A stretch of DNA of 64,000 nt from an uncultured virus (IMG/VR IMGVR_UViG_3300025112_005926) (lineage: Duplodnaviria > Heunggongvirae > Uroviricota > Caudoviricetes): IMG/VR virus record IMGVR_UViG_3300025112_005926; one strand, 5' to 3'. The notes under the pieces were generated by a model, which did no database searches, had not been told where the DNA came from, and saw nothing but the letters and a program-made list of their open reading frames with translations. Below are positions 36,479 through 44,992 of this stretch, piece after piece; position 1 is the stretch's first letter, and the number at the start of each line of letters is the position of its first letter. The position numbers and the translations under genes are program-made.

Positions 36479-37281
36479 TAATGGAAAAAACAAGGGAGAG
36501 AGCCGGAGAAATAGAATTACATTTATGTGTTGTTATGTCAGATAGTTATTTTGATATATATAAGGAAATATTTCACAAAACACTGCCAATGGAATTTGGA
36601 AGTGTTAATATCTTGCACATTCGGGATCTTGATTCCGAGCCCGGTGCTGTTGGCGAAGATGCTTTTAAGCTCATTAACTTTAAGAGATTAGAGTTTGTTT
36701 CCAAACAACTCGCAGCCCATAAAGGAGATAATTTGTTGGTGTTAGATATTGACGCAGTATTTTTTCGTGATTTTAAGGCTGATATAAACAAACTATTGGA
36801 AACAAATGATATGGTGTTTCAATATAATCCCCAATGGCAGACTGAACAACAAAGCCCTTTTATAATCGCAACATGGGGCCTCCAGTGCAGCCAAAAAAAC
36901 ATAGACTTTTTTGCCAGGCAAATTATGCCACGCGCCGCAGCCCTATTATTGTCAAAAGAAGAATGGGATACAAGAGAAGAACGAGGCGAATATCTGGGCG
37001 CCCATGTTCCCGGTCATTGGTTTGCACACCGATGGGGAGAACCGCCGGTTCACCTAGATGGCGACGGTTGCGTCGTTAACGCAGCTATTTTAGAAAGTAA
37101 GTTTGGGCATGAATTAAAGACTGCAACGCTCCCAGAGACATATACAATGGACCATGAAGGTGGGCCGAATCCTGAAGAGTGCGTTTTGTATCAGTCAGCC
37201 GGAGTTGCTAGGGGCATTCAAGAGAAAGCAACAACTTTAGTAGATACTTATTATAACATTAAAGGAAAAATAAAGAAATGA
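36472..37281 (+). CDS. Putative nucleotide-diphospho-sugar transferase (GT-A-like)
   Basis: LLVLDIDAVFF (DxD) preceded by K...V...L; ATG at 36472. Confidence 0.6.
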   Translation: MTLMEKTRERAGEIELHLCVVMSDSYFDIYKEIFHKTLPMEFGSVNILHIRDLDSEPGAVGEDAFKLINFKRLEFVSKQLAAHKGDNLLVLDIDAVFFRDFKADINKLLETNDMVFQYNPQWQTEQQSPFIIATWGLQCSQKNIDFFARQIMPRAAALLLSKEEWDTREERGEYLGAHVPGHWFAHRWGEPPVHLDGDGCVVNAAILESKFGHELKTATLPETYTMDHEGGPNPEECVLYQSAGVARGIQEKATTLVDTYYNIKGKIKK

Positions 37282-37304
37282 AGGGAGTGAATGTAATATG
37301 ACAT
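37276..37304 (+). repeat. 29-bp direct repeat, copy 2
   Basis: AAATGAAGGGAGTGAATGTAATATGACAT. Confidence 0.9.
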
Positions 37305-38110
37305 CCAAGGAGTCTGTGGAACAAGGCATTAAATTTCAAAACAAGGAATATGTAATGCTTCTAAAATTGAAAGCACTGAGGAATCCTTGCGTTAAAGTGG
37401 TGCAGCCGCTTGGGAATGTAGAAAATTTCATTATGAAAGCTTACATAGAAAAGTATGATCCTTCAACAAAGTCTACTTTTTTGACAACCAATCCTAATAT
37501 TTTTATAGTTAGCCCAGGCGCTAGTGGGTCAAGTTTGTTGTATGAAGCCATTGGAGATTTGGAAAAAGACAACAGTGCAGTGAGCAAGTCTCATTCTTAT
37601 GATGTTATGTGGAAAGGCCGCGATTGCATAAAATCGTTAACAACAGGCGGCTTCATGTGGGAAATTGAGCCCGATGATAAAGTTATTTATTTATATGCTC
37701 ATCCATTAAATATTTTAATGTCATTATGTAAAAAAATAAATAGCTCCCCTGAAGATTGGTCTGGGGGCAATCCCCACTATGTCGAGTTTCTTGAGTGTGA
37801 TATAGAAGAAGATTTTAGTGATAACTATCTTCACAAAGATATACTAAATTTGGAAAGACATTTAGATAAATGGTGGCGCCAAAAGAATTTTAATTTATTG
37901 TGTATGAAATATGAGAAAATACATGAATATGTGGATGTCTTGGGCGAATTTTTGGGTAATGATCTTGAACTACCAGAACCCAGAAAAAGAATGACAGATT
38001 GGACAAAAAGCCCAGACAGAGAGAAAATGCTGGAAACATATGCGTCTCTTGTGGAAAAGTATGAACACAAACCTGATTATGAATTATTTTTGAAGAAGGC
38101 CAAGAATTGA
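37298..38110 (+). CDS. Putative sulfotransferase-like protein
   Basis: IVSPGASGSSLL (PAPS-loop-like), KSH, IYLYAHP...LMS, MKYE, L.EFLG. Confidence 0.55.
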   Translation: MTSKESVEQGIKFQNKEYVMLLKLKALRNPCVKVVQPLGNVENFIMKAYIEKYDPSTKSTFLTTNPNIFIVSPGASGSSLLYEAIGDLEKDNSAVSKSHSYDVMWKGRDCIKSLTTGGFMWEIEPDDKVIYLYAHPLNILMSLCKKINSSPEDWSGGNPHYVEFLECDIEEDFSDNYLHKDILNLERHLDKWWRQKNFNLLCMKYEKIHEYVDVLGEFLGNDLELPEPRKRMTDWTKSPDREKMLETYASLVEKYEHKPDYELFLKKAKN

Positions 38111-38499
38111 TGATTTGGGTAAACGGCTGCTTCGATATATTGCACCGAGGGCACTATGAAATGTTTAAATATGCAAAGTCTCTTGGAGATAAGTTGATCG
38201 TCGGCATCGATTCTGACGAGAAAGTTAGGAATGACAAAGGAAATGATCGACCTTTCAACAATGTAGAAGATAGAAAATTTGCACTGGAGTGCATAAAATA
38301 CATCGATGAAGTGGTTGTTTTCAATTCCAGAGAAGAACTCGAATCGAAGATAAAGAGTTTACAGCCACACATCATGGTAGTTGGTTCTGATTGGAGAGGA
38401 AAGACGGTTGTGGGAAGCGAACACGCTGGAAAGGTTGAGTTTTTCGAGAGGATAGGAGACTATTCCACCACCAATATTTTAGAGCAGGTGGTGTTGTGA
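38110..38499 (+). CDS. Cytidylyl/adenylyltransferase, HldE domain-II/TagD-like
   Basis: NGCFDILHRGH, LIVGIDSD, KG..RP, GSDW, YSTT. Confidence 0.9.
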   Translation: MIWVNGCFDILHRGHYEMFKYAKSLGDKLIVGIDSDEKVRNDKGNDRPFNNVEDRKFALECIKYIDEVVVFNSREELESKIKSLQPHIMVVGSDWRGKTVVGSEHAGKVEFFERIGDYSTTNILEQVVL

Positions 38500-38816
38500 C
38501 TTATGTATTTGACATTGACGGCACAATATGTTATACTATAGATAGTAACTACGAAATGTCGAAACCGTATATTGATAGAATTGAGAAGATAAATAAACTT
38601 TATGATGAAGGAAACACTATTATATTTCAAACAGCTAGGGGCATGGGAAGAAGCAACAATTCGGCTGTATATGCCATCCGGGCATTTGAGAAGTTGACAA
38701 AAAATCAGTTGGAAGAATGGGGGGTAAAGCACCATGGTTTATTTTTGGGCAAACCTTCTGGAGATATTTACATTGATGACAAAGGAATGAAAGATGACGA
38801 ATTCTTTGCCAATTAA
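38496..38816 (+). CDS. HAD phosphatase (capsule-biosynthesis phosphatase type)
   Basis: FDIDGTI, TARG, GKP..DIYIDDK. Confidence 0.85.
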   Translation: MTYVFDIDGTICYTIDSNYEMSKPYIDRIEKINKLYDEGNTIIFQTARGMGRSNNSAVYAIRAFEKLTKNQLEEWGVKHHGLFLGKPSGDIYIDDKGMKDDEFFAN

Positions 38817-39153
38817 GTTTGTCCCCAAGGGCTGGGGATGGGAGCGATGGATTGTAAATAAAAAGGAATATTGTGGGAAGCTGCTTTATTTCAACGCCAA
38901 CAAGAGATGCTCGTGGCATTATCATAAAGTAAAGGATGAAGTGTTTTATTTGCAATCTGGCAAAATGATGGTATACTATTCAGATCAGGATGATATATCA
39001 AAAGCCGAACAGAAAATATTACAGCCTGGTGATAATTTTTATATATATCCCGGCTTGAGGCATCAGATGGTTGCCCTCGAAGACTCGGAACTTTTTGAAT
39101 TTTCTACTCAGCATTTCGATTCTGATAGCCATAGAATTATAAAGGGAGATTAA
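38794..39153 (+). CDS. Cupin-fold sugar isomerase-like protein
   Basis: VPKGWG.E, SWHYH..KDE.F, H.M, EFST. Confidence 0.8.
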   Translation: MTNSLPIKFVPKGWGWERWIVNKKEYCGKLLYFNANKRCSWHYHKVKDEVFYLQSGKMMVYYSDQDDISKAEQKILQPGDNFYIYPGLRHQMVALEDSELFEFSTQHFDSDSHRIIKGD

Positions 39154-39987
39154 ATGATAAAAGAGTTTTTTAAAGTCTCGGTTAAAACCGACCATCCGCA
39201 CCCATTAGGTTCGCCGGATTATCTTGAACCGGCAGGAAGCATTGAAGATAATCATACAAATCCTTATTTTATATGGGAAATGGATACTTGGTTTAAAGGC
39301 AACCCCTATTCAGTATTGGATATCGGTTGTGCCGGAGGACAATTTATTGTTGATGTGTATAACAAAGGCAAGCCATATGTTGCTGTCGGATTAGAGGGTG
39401 GAAATATTTATGGCATGACAAAAGAATATGCAGTCGGTGAAGATGGTAAGCCGGTATCTCCCGCCGGCGCTGAAAATTGGAAGAAGTATGAAAATAAATG
39501 TTTATTTCACGCAGATGTTAGTAAACCTTTCGAGATAATAGATGCTGAACAAAATCGGGTGATATTCAAATGTGTAACATCATTTGAGTTTTTTGAGCAT
39601 CCATTGCCAGAAGAAATACCAGGCATTTTAAAAAACATAAATAGACACTTAAATGTGGGGGGAAGAATTTTGGGAACTATTAATCTGACCCCAGGCGACC
39701 ATCACCGCTGCGCAAAGAGTCGTGAATGGTGGGATAATATTTTTCACGAACATGGCTTTGAAATACCTGAATTCAACAGCTCCATCTGGCAGCCATTGCA
39801 GCAGCCACATGGAGCCGGCTCATATCCATATCCTTTTAGAACATCCCCTCGAACATCTCTCGACGGATTATTGCAAATTATTCGACATGTTCCTGACCCC
39901 CTCGCCATCGATCAATCGATTGCATTCAAAGACTCGTATGATGTACACTATGCGTTTCTGTTTGAGAAAACAAGAGAGTGCGAGTGA
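39154..39987 (+). CDS. Class I SAM-dependent methyltransferase
   Basis: VLDIGCAGG, GLEG, FEFFEH, WW...F...GF. Confidence 0.8.
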   Translation: MIKEFFKVSVKTDHPHPLGSPDYLEPAGSIEDNHTNPYFIWEMDTWFKGNPYSVLDIGCAGGQFIVDVYNKGKPYVAVGLEGGNIYGMTKEYAVGEDGKPVSPAGAENWKKYENKCLFHADVSKPFEIIDAEQNRVIFKCVTSFEFFEHPLPEEIPGILKNINRHLNVGGRILGTINLTPGDHHRCAKSREWWDNIFHEHGFEIPEFNSSIWQPLQQPHGAGSYPYPFRTSPRTSLDGLLQIIRHVPDPLAIDQSIAFKDSYDVHYAFLFEKTRECE

Positions 39988-40964
39988 TGAAGCTTGTAGT
40001 GATAACAGGATGTCTTGGGTTCATCGGAAGCTACACAACAGCAGCCTGCCTTCAGAAGGGTTGGAAAGTATACGGCATCGATAAGGAGACTTATGCCTCC
40101 AATTCGCTTGAATCCTTGCACTCAATGGTCTCCCCAGAAAACTGGGAGAATTTCGTCTTCGTCAAGAAAGACATTTGTGATCTCAAAGAATTGCCAGATT
40201 GCGACTATGTTGTCAACATTGCAGCGGAGACACATGTTGGAAACAGCATCATTGATAGCACAGATTTTATTCACAGCAATATAACGGGCGTTAAGAATTT
40301 GCTCGATATTATTCGACGCAAACCTAGCAATATCGCAAGCAAGCCGATCTTCTTTCATTTTAGCACTGATGAGGTTTATGGCGATATCGTCGAGGGATCC
40401 CACACAGAAGATTCTCCTCTTTCGCCAAGCAATCCCTACTCTGCATCCAAGGCCGCCGCAGATATGCTGGTAAAGGCATGGGCCCGAACCTATGGTGTAG
40501 ACTACATACTCCTGCGCCCTACTAATAATTATGGCATCGGCCAGTATCCAGAAAAGCTTATTCCGCTTGTCGTCAAGCACTTGCAGAGAGGAAGAAAGGT
40601 TCGATTGCACGACGAGGGAGATCCTTTTAGAAATTGGCTGCATACCGCCGACACTGCACAGGCAGTTGTAAAAATTATTGAATCTGGAGTCACAAACGAG
40701 ATCTTCAATGTAGCCGGAGGCTTTGAGCAGAAGAACAAGGACACAGTTAAGAAAATAATTAATTCATATTTCAACGGAAGCTGCGGCATAGAGTTCGTTG
40801 GATATAAAGATTTTCTTGATCTCTCTTATGTTAGAGAAGGTCAAGATGTTCGTTATTCAATTGACGATGAAAAACTTCGTCAATTAGGCTGGGAGCCAGT
40901 CAAAAACTTTGATCAAGAAATTGATAAAATAGTTGAACACTATAAACATAATTTTAAATGGTAA
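39987..40964 (+). CDS. rfbB: dTDP-glucose 4,6-dehydratase
   Basis: TGCLGFIGS, AAETHV, STDEVYG, PSNPYSASKA, NNYG..Q.PEKLIP, R.W, D.RY. Confidence 0.88.
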   Translation: MKLVVITGCLGFIGSYTTAACLQKGWKVYGIDKETYASNSLESLHSMVSPENWENFVFVKKDICDLKELPDCDYVVNIAAETHVGNSIIDSTDFIHSNITGVKNLLDIIRRKPSNIASKPIFFHFSTDEVYGDIVEGSHTEDSPLSPSNPYSASKAAADMLVKAWARTYGVDYILLRPTNNYGIGQYPEKLIPLVVKHLQRGRKVRLHDEGDPFRNWLHTADTAQAVVKIIESGVTNEIFNVAGGFEQKNKDTVKKIINSYFNGSCGIEFVGYKDFLDLSYVREGQDVRYSIDDEKLRQLGWEPVKNFDQEIDKIVEHYKHNFKW

Positions 40965-40978
40965 TATAGGAGATAAAA

Positions 40979-41182
40979 ATGTCAAAAGATATGTTTTTAA
41001 CAGACCAAGCGGTCGGCGCCCTTATGATGGCGCTTCAGAAATCACTAATGGAGCAAAGCGATATTGTTCCGGTTCTTAAGGAATTTAAGTTTCGTCTTTC
41101 CGAAGATGGTCTTATTGTTCTGAACGCGCCAGCGGTTAAGTTCCGCGCCCCGGCAAACGAAGATAAGATAGCGAATGCCTAA
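40979..41182 (+). CDS. Small hypothetical protein
   Basis: AGGAG RBS; 67-aa ORF coupled to the next gene. Confidence 0.65.
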   Translation: MSKDMFLTDQAVGALMMALQKSLMEQSDIVPVLKEFKFRLSEDGLIVLNAPAVKFRAPANEDKIANA

Positions 41183-41432
41183 ATATACATATAGGTGCAC
41201 CGAGTGTGAGGAATTCTTTGAAATTATTCACACCATGGATGAGGAAATAAATATTTGTGAATGTGGCGTGAAGGAAACACTAGTTAGGGTTCCTTCTTTG
41301 CCTCTCACTTTTATTCCAAAAAGCGAGAAGGGTGGCGCCAAAAAAATCGGTTCCGTTGTAAATGAGTCTATTCGAGATGCAAAACAGGCATTAAAAGATC
41401 AAAAAGCGGAAGCCAAAAGGGAGTTTGAATGA
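41175..41432 (+). CDS. FmdB-family zinc-ribbon protein
   Basis: MPKYTYRCTEC...FE...CECG. Confidence 0.8.
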   Translation: MPKYTYRCTECEEFFEIIHTMDEEINICECGVKETLVRVPSLPLTFIPKSEKGGAKKIGSVVNESIRDAKQALKDQKAEAKREFE

Positions 41433-41803
41433 ATTTAGAAATTTTGATACCAATTGGTATTGCACTAGTGTTATCACTTATTGTTAATGTTTTTTTTATT
41501 TGGTATACTAGAAGAATATTGACAAAGCTTTTATATGTCTCGGGAACATTACAAGACCTGAGAGACATGATAAGTGTATTTCAAAAACACTTGGAGACCC
41601 TTTATGCCATGGAGACATTTTATGGAGATCAGACGCTTCAATTTCTTTTGCAACACGCAAAGGATTTGGCAGAACAGCTAAAAGATTATGAAGAAATATA
41701 TCTCCTTTCAGTGGAACCACCAGAGGAGGAAGATGAATACGACGCAACAGAGGGAGATATTGCCGATGCCGCCACGCAAGATACAGAGAACGAAGAAGGG
41801 TAG
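41429..41803 (+). CDS. Single-TM hypothetical protein with acidic tail
   Basis: N-terminal hydrophobic helix; ETFYGDQTL..L..H. Confidence 0.65.
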   Translation: MNLEILIPIGIALVLSLIVNVFFIWYTRRILTKLLYVSGTLQDLRDMISVFQKHLETLYAMETFYGDQTLQFLLQHAKDLAEQLKDYEEIYLLSVEPPEEEDEYDATEGDIADAATQDTENEEG

Positions 41804-42464
41804 ACAATATTTTACCAAGATACACGAAAACGCGATCATAAAATATGCCCAAACAGAAGATCCTAGAATAAGAACTCATTTGTATTTGGCTTACATACAG
41901 CCAGCGTTTAATGAGATGGTTGATAAGATTGTTTTTACATATAAGTTTACGACACTGCCGAACATTACAGACTTAAGAGAAGAGTGTAAAATTTGGCTGA
42001 CGACGATCTTAGATAAATACGATGCCAGTAAAGGCTCGAAAGCTTTTTCTTATTTTAGTGTTATAACAAAAAATTGGTTTATCCACAAGGTTAAGCAACA
42101 GCAAAAAAGAAGCAGAACAGAGGTAAACCTTGAAGACATGTCGCGAGAGATTGAGCTTAAACATCTTTCGACAGAGATTAAATATGACGAGGAGAGGATT
42201 GCAAGAGAATTCTGGTCATCACTGGGGGAGGAGATGTCGACCTGGAATCCGGAGAGCATGAAAGAAAATGAAAGAAAAGTTTTTGAAGCAGTTAAAATAT
42301 TATTAGCACATCCAGAAGATATAGAAATTTTTAATAAGAAAGCTATTTATTTATATCTAAGAGAGATTACGGGATTAAACACAAAACAAGTAGTTAACAA
42401 CCTCAACAAGATGCGAATTAAGTATCGTGTCTTTAAGGTTAAGTGGGAAGATGGAAAGATATGA
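41766..42464 (+). CDS. Phage RNA polymerase sigma factor, T4 gp55-like (late transcription)
   Basis: KYDASKGSKAFSYFSVITKNWFI resembles sigma region 2 of gp55 (FD..K..N.FAYFT.I); C-terminal FNKKAIYLYLREITGL. Start uncertain (41733, 41760 or 41766). Confidence 0.65.
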   Translation: MPPRKIQRTKKGRQYFTKIHENAIIKYAQTEDPRIRTHLYLAYIQPAFNEMVDKIVFTYKFTTLPNITDLREECKIWLTTILDKYDASKGSKAFSYFSVITKNWFIHKVKQQQKRSRTEVNLEDMSREIELKHLSTEIKYDEERIAREFWSSLGEEMSTWNPESMKENERKVFEAVKILLAHPEDIEIFNKKAIYLYLREITGLNTKQVVNNLNKMRIKYRVFKVKWEDGKI

Positions 42465-42757
42465 GCGATTTGGAAGATTATATACAAGAAGCAATTGACA
42501 ACATTCGAGATGACAGAACTGTCACCAAGGAGTTGCTTAACGATGTCATTACATATATGAGCAAAGATCCGACTTCTCATAGAGAGGTAGGTCAGGTTGC
42601 TGCAAAATATGTTGAAACATTGCAGCGTTCAAACGAGCAACTGGTCAAGGCTGCAACCCTTATACACAAGCAGCAGGCTGGAAATGCCGGATTATCTGAT
42701 GACGATAAAAAGGAAATCTATGATATGCTTGGAAATGACGATGGAGATACGAAGTAA
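42461..42757 (+). CDS. Hypothetical helical protein
   Basis: ATGA overlap; AKYVETLQRSNEQLVK. Confidence 0.65.
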   Translation: MSDLEDYIQEAIDNIRDDRTVTKELLNDVITYMSKDPTSHREVGQVAAKYVETLQRSNEQLVKAATLIHKQQAGNAGLSDDDKKEIYDMLGNDDGDTK

Positions 42758-44011
42758 ATGGGTGGCAAACCACAGTTTGGTCAAGACAACATACTTGAGT
42801 TGGGTTCTAAGATCGGCAACTTTCTTGACCCTGCGGATGCATCCGACGACGCCGGCATGTTCGAAACAGTTAAACAGCATATTTTCGGAGGAATGGAGGA
42901 GAGCGCGCTCGCAGGAACCGACAGATATAAGGCAACGGTGTTGAGCGTTTCCCGATACGCAACATCTACAAACTCCACGAGTGCGTTTCAATCGATTATC
43001 TCCGGAGATTTAGAGCTAGGCATCAGACCAAGATTCTTAGTGAGAGCAAGGGTTGACACATTGCACTCTCATCTTCCTGATCCGTGTCAATATATAAATG
43101 AAGCCCACGCCCCAGAGGATTCAACCAAGCGAGATATAGCTGCCCTCCTGCACCCTATATTCGTAGCAGAGGCTAATACTGGTATTGTGCCAAACGATGG
43201 CGTTAACGCCGCTGGCACGGCATTGCCGAAACCTGCACCGGGCGACAAAATATGGGTTAGGTTTGGAAAGGGCCCCTCTGCCGGCACCATGCGCGGCGGC
43301 CTTTATGTGGGGTTCATTCAGAAAGCCGCTCCCGGCTACAATCAGTTTTCTGCGGAGTGCGATCTCAGTGCACTTACTGCGCTCGACGGAGGCTCTATCA
43401 CAAGCTCAGTGTTCAGCTATAATGATGCCACTGCTAACGAATGCGACCCCCCACTCGGCGGTGCGCAATGCACTGGCACGCCCCAAGCGACCCCGGGGTT
43501 GTTGGCGCTCATCACACACCTAGGTGAGACGGCAGCCGCGGCAGGATTAGCCGCGCCAGTTGTGGGCTCGACTTACAGAGATGAATCAACTCAATCCGCA
43601 ATCGTGGCACAAAACTGGAAGCTTCATGGTTACGACGGGGATCCCGGCGGGTTAGAAGGCGCGAAGGCGTATGTTACTGATCCGAAATTGTACGGCGCGG
43701 AGAAGGGCGGTTGGTATCACACCGCTTTCGCAGCTAACCACACTGATGGCACTGTCACCGACGCAGGCATCGCCGCGGCAACCAAAGCGTTTGCTGACCT
43801 TGACCCGTCTAGCCATACAGAGAACCCGTCACCCTCGGCAGATTTTCGAATGAATTCGACACTTGATTCTCTTCTTCAAAGCGCTCTGGGTGTCAAGCCT
43901 TCACAAAGTGTTAATGATTCTGTCTCAACCTCCTGGAAAGATCCCTCCGGGAATTCTTACAAAGTATCGATACTTTCCGAGGTAGATCACCGTCATATCA
44001 CGGTCAGATAA
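42758..44011 (+). CDS. Baseplate hub/gp5-like OB-fold protein with C-terminal M15-like zinc peptidase
   Basis: VRARV...H..LP and P..GDKIWVRF (OB-like); STYRD...Q, SSH......ADFR and DHRHI (M15/hedgehog-like Zn ligands). Confidence 0.5.
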   Translation: MGGKPQFGQDNILELGSKIGNFLDPADASDDAGMFETVKQHIFGGMEESALAGTDRYKATVLSVSRYATSTNSTSAFQSIISGDLELGIRPRFLVRARVDTLHSHLPDPCQYINEAHAPEDSTKRDIAALLHPIFVAEANTGIVPNDGVNAAGTALPKPAPGDKIWVRFGKGPSAGTMRGGLYVGFIQKAAPGYNQFSAECDLSALTALDGGSITSSVFSYNDATANECDPPLGGAQCTGTPQATPGLLALITHLGETAAAAGLAAPVVGSTYRDESTQSAIVAQNWKLHGYDGDPGGLEGAKAYVTDPKLYGAEKGGWYHTAFAANHTDGTVTDAGIAAATKAFADLDPSSHTENPSPSADFRMNSTLDSLLQSALGVKPSQSVNDSVSTSWKDPSGNSYKVSILSEVDHRHITVR

Positions 44012-44032
44012 CTTTAATCACGGAAGAATATA

Positions 44033-44992
44033 ATGGCAGAAAATATAAATTATGATATATCAAATCTGAGCGATGAAGTCAAGGAGCTTCTGGATAAGGT
44101 CAAGGCTCTTGGGGATGAATTACATGTTGACTTTACGGGAGCCGGTGGCGCGAAGTTAATAGAGCCATGCCCGAACCATTTTGAAGCTGATGGAGAGCAT
44201 GTAATAAAAGGAGAAAACAACACTTGGATTGTTTTAGGAAGAGACAGACCAGCCAGCAAGTTCAGTGGCTATCAGGCTCACACTCAAGCGGGAGCAATTG
44301 ATATAGTTGTTGGTAAGGGCGCCACCACTGCGAATGGCCCAGAAGCTAACTTTCTAGATCCAAACTTTTTCTCAGACGCCGCCAGAGTGCACATAAGTCA
44401 AAAAACCGACATCGATAAAAACTTTGGATTAGCAGAAGGGAACATCGGAAACCCGCAGGGAACCTCCGGAGTGGGGATAAAGGCAGATCAAGTAAGGCTT
44501 ATTGGCACAGAGGGAATAAAGTTAATAACCGGAAAAGCGAACAATGTCCGCGGAACTGGCTTAGGGGGCGAGAAGAACTCGCTTGGCTTCAGGAGCTTTG
44601 AGCCAGCACCGGGCATTGATCTGATAGCGGGAAACAGCGATTCAACAGCTACAAGATTTTCATGGGATAAGGGATTTTATCAGAGGAAAAATCTCCAGCC
44701 AATCGTAAAGGGTGATAATATGGTCGAAGCAATGAAAGAGTTGATTGACTACATAGACTCCCATCTAACGACAATGGTCACCTTCATGGAACACCAGTCA
44801 ATTTTTAATGCAACACATGTTCATGCCTCTCCGGGCGCGTTATCGCTTTCGGCTGCATTCACCACAGGGGTGATCGCAGAACTCGCGAAAGAGGTTTGGG
44901 CACATAAGACAACTTTAAAGACTTATGAAGTTAATTATTTCAAACCAATTGGCTACTCATATATTTGCAGCACCAATGTAAGGGCAACATAA
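44033..44992 (+). CDS. Baseplate central spike-like protein (gp5 C-terminal/gpV-like)
   Basis: G.NN.WIVLGRD, beta-repeat GIKADQVRLIG.EGIKL, P.VKGD...E.., HVH tip motif; upstream of gp25. Confidence 0.6.
   Translation: MAENINYDISNLSDEVKELLDKVKALGDELHVDFTGAGGAKLIEPCPNHFEADGEHVIKGENNTWIVLGRDRPASKFSGYQAHTQAGAIDIVVGKGATTANGPEANFLDPNFFSDAARVHISQKTDIDKNFGLAEGNIGNPQGTSGVGIKADQVRLIGTEGIKLITGKANNVRGTGLGGEKNSLGFRSFEPAPGIDLIAGNSDSTATRFSWDKGFYQRKNLQPIVKGDNMVEAMKELIDYIDSHLTTMVTFMEHQSIFNATHVHASPGALSLSAAFTTGVIAELAKEVWAHKTTLKTYEVNYFKPIGYSYICSTNVRAT

Noticed and set aside
15101..40964. Bacterial chromosomal LPS/capsule locus, or host contamination
   Set aside because: It is continuous on the same strand, with coupled genes, into phage nuclease, sigma and baseplate genes, and has no export or polymerase genes. 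A chimeric assembly cannot be excluded without reads.
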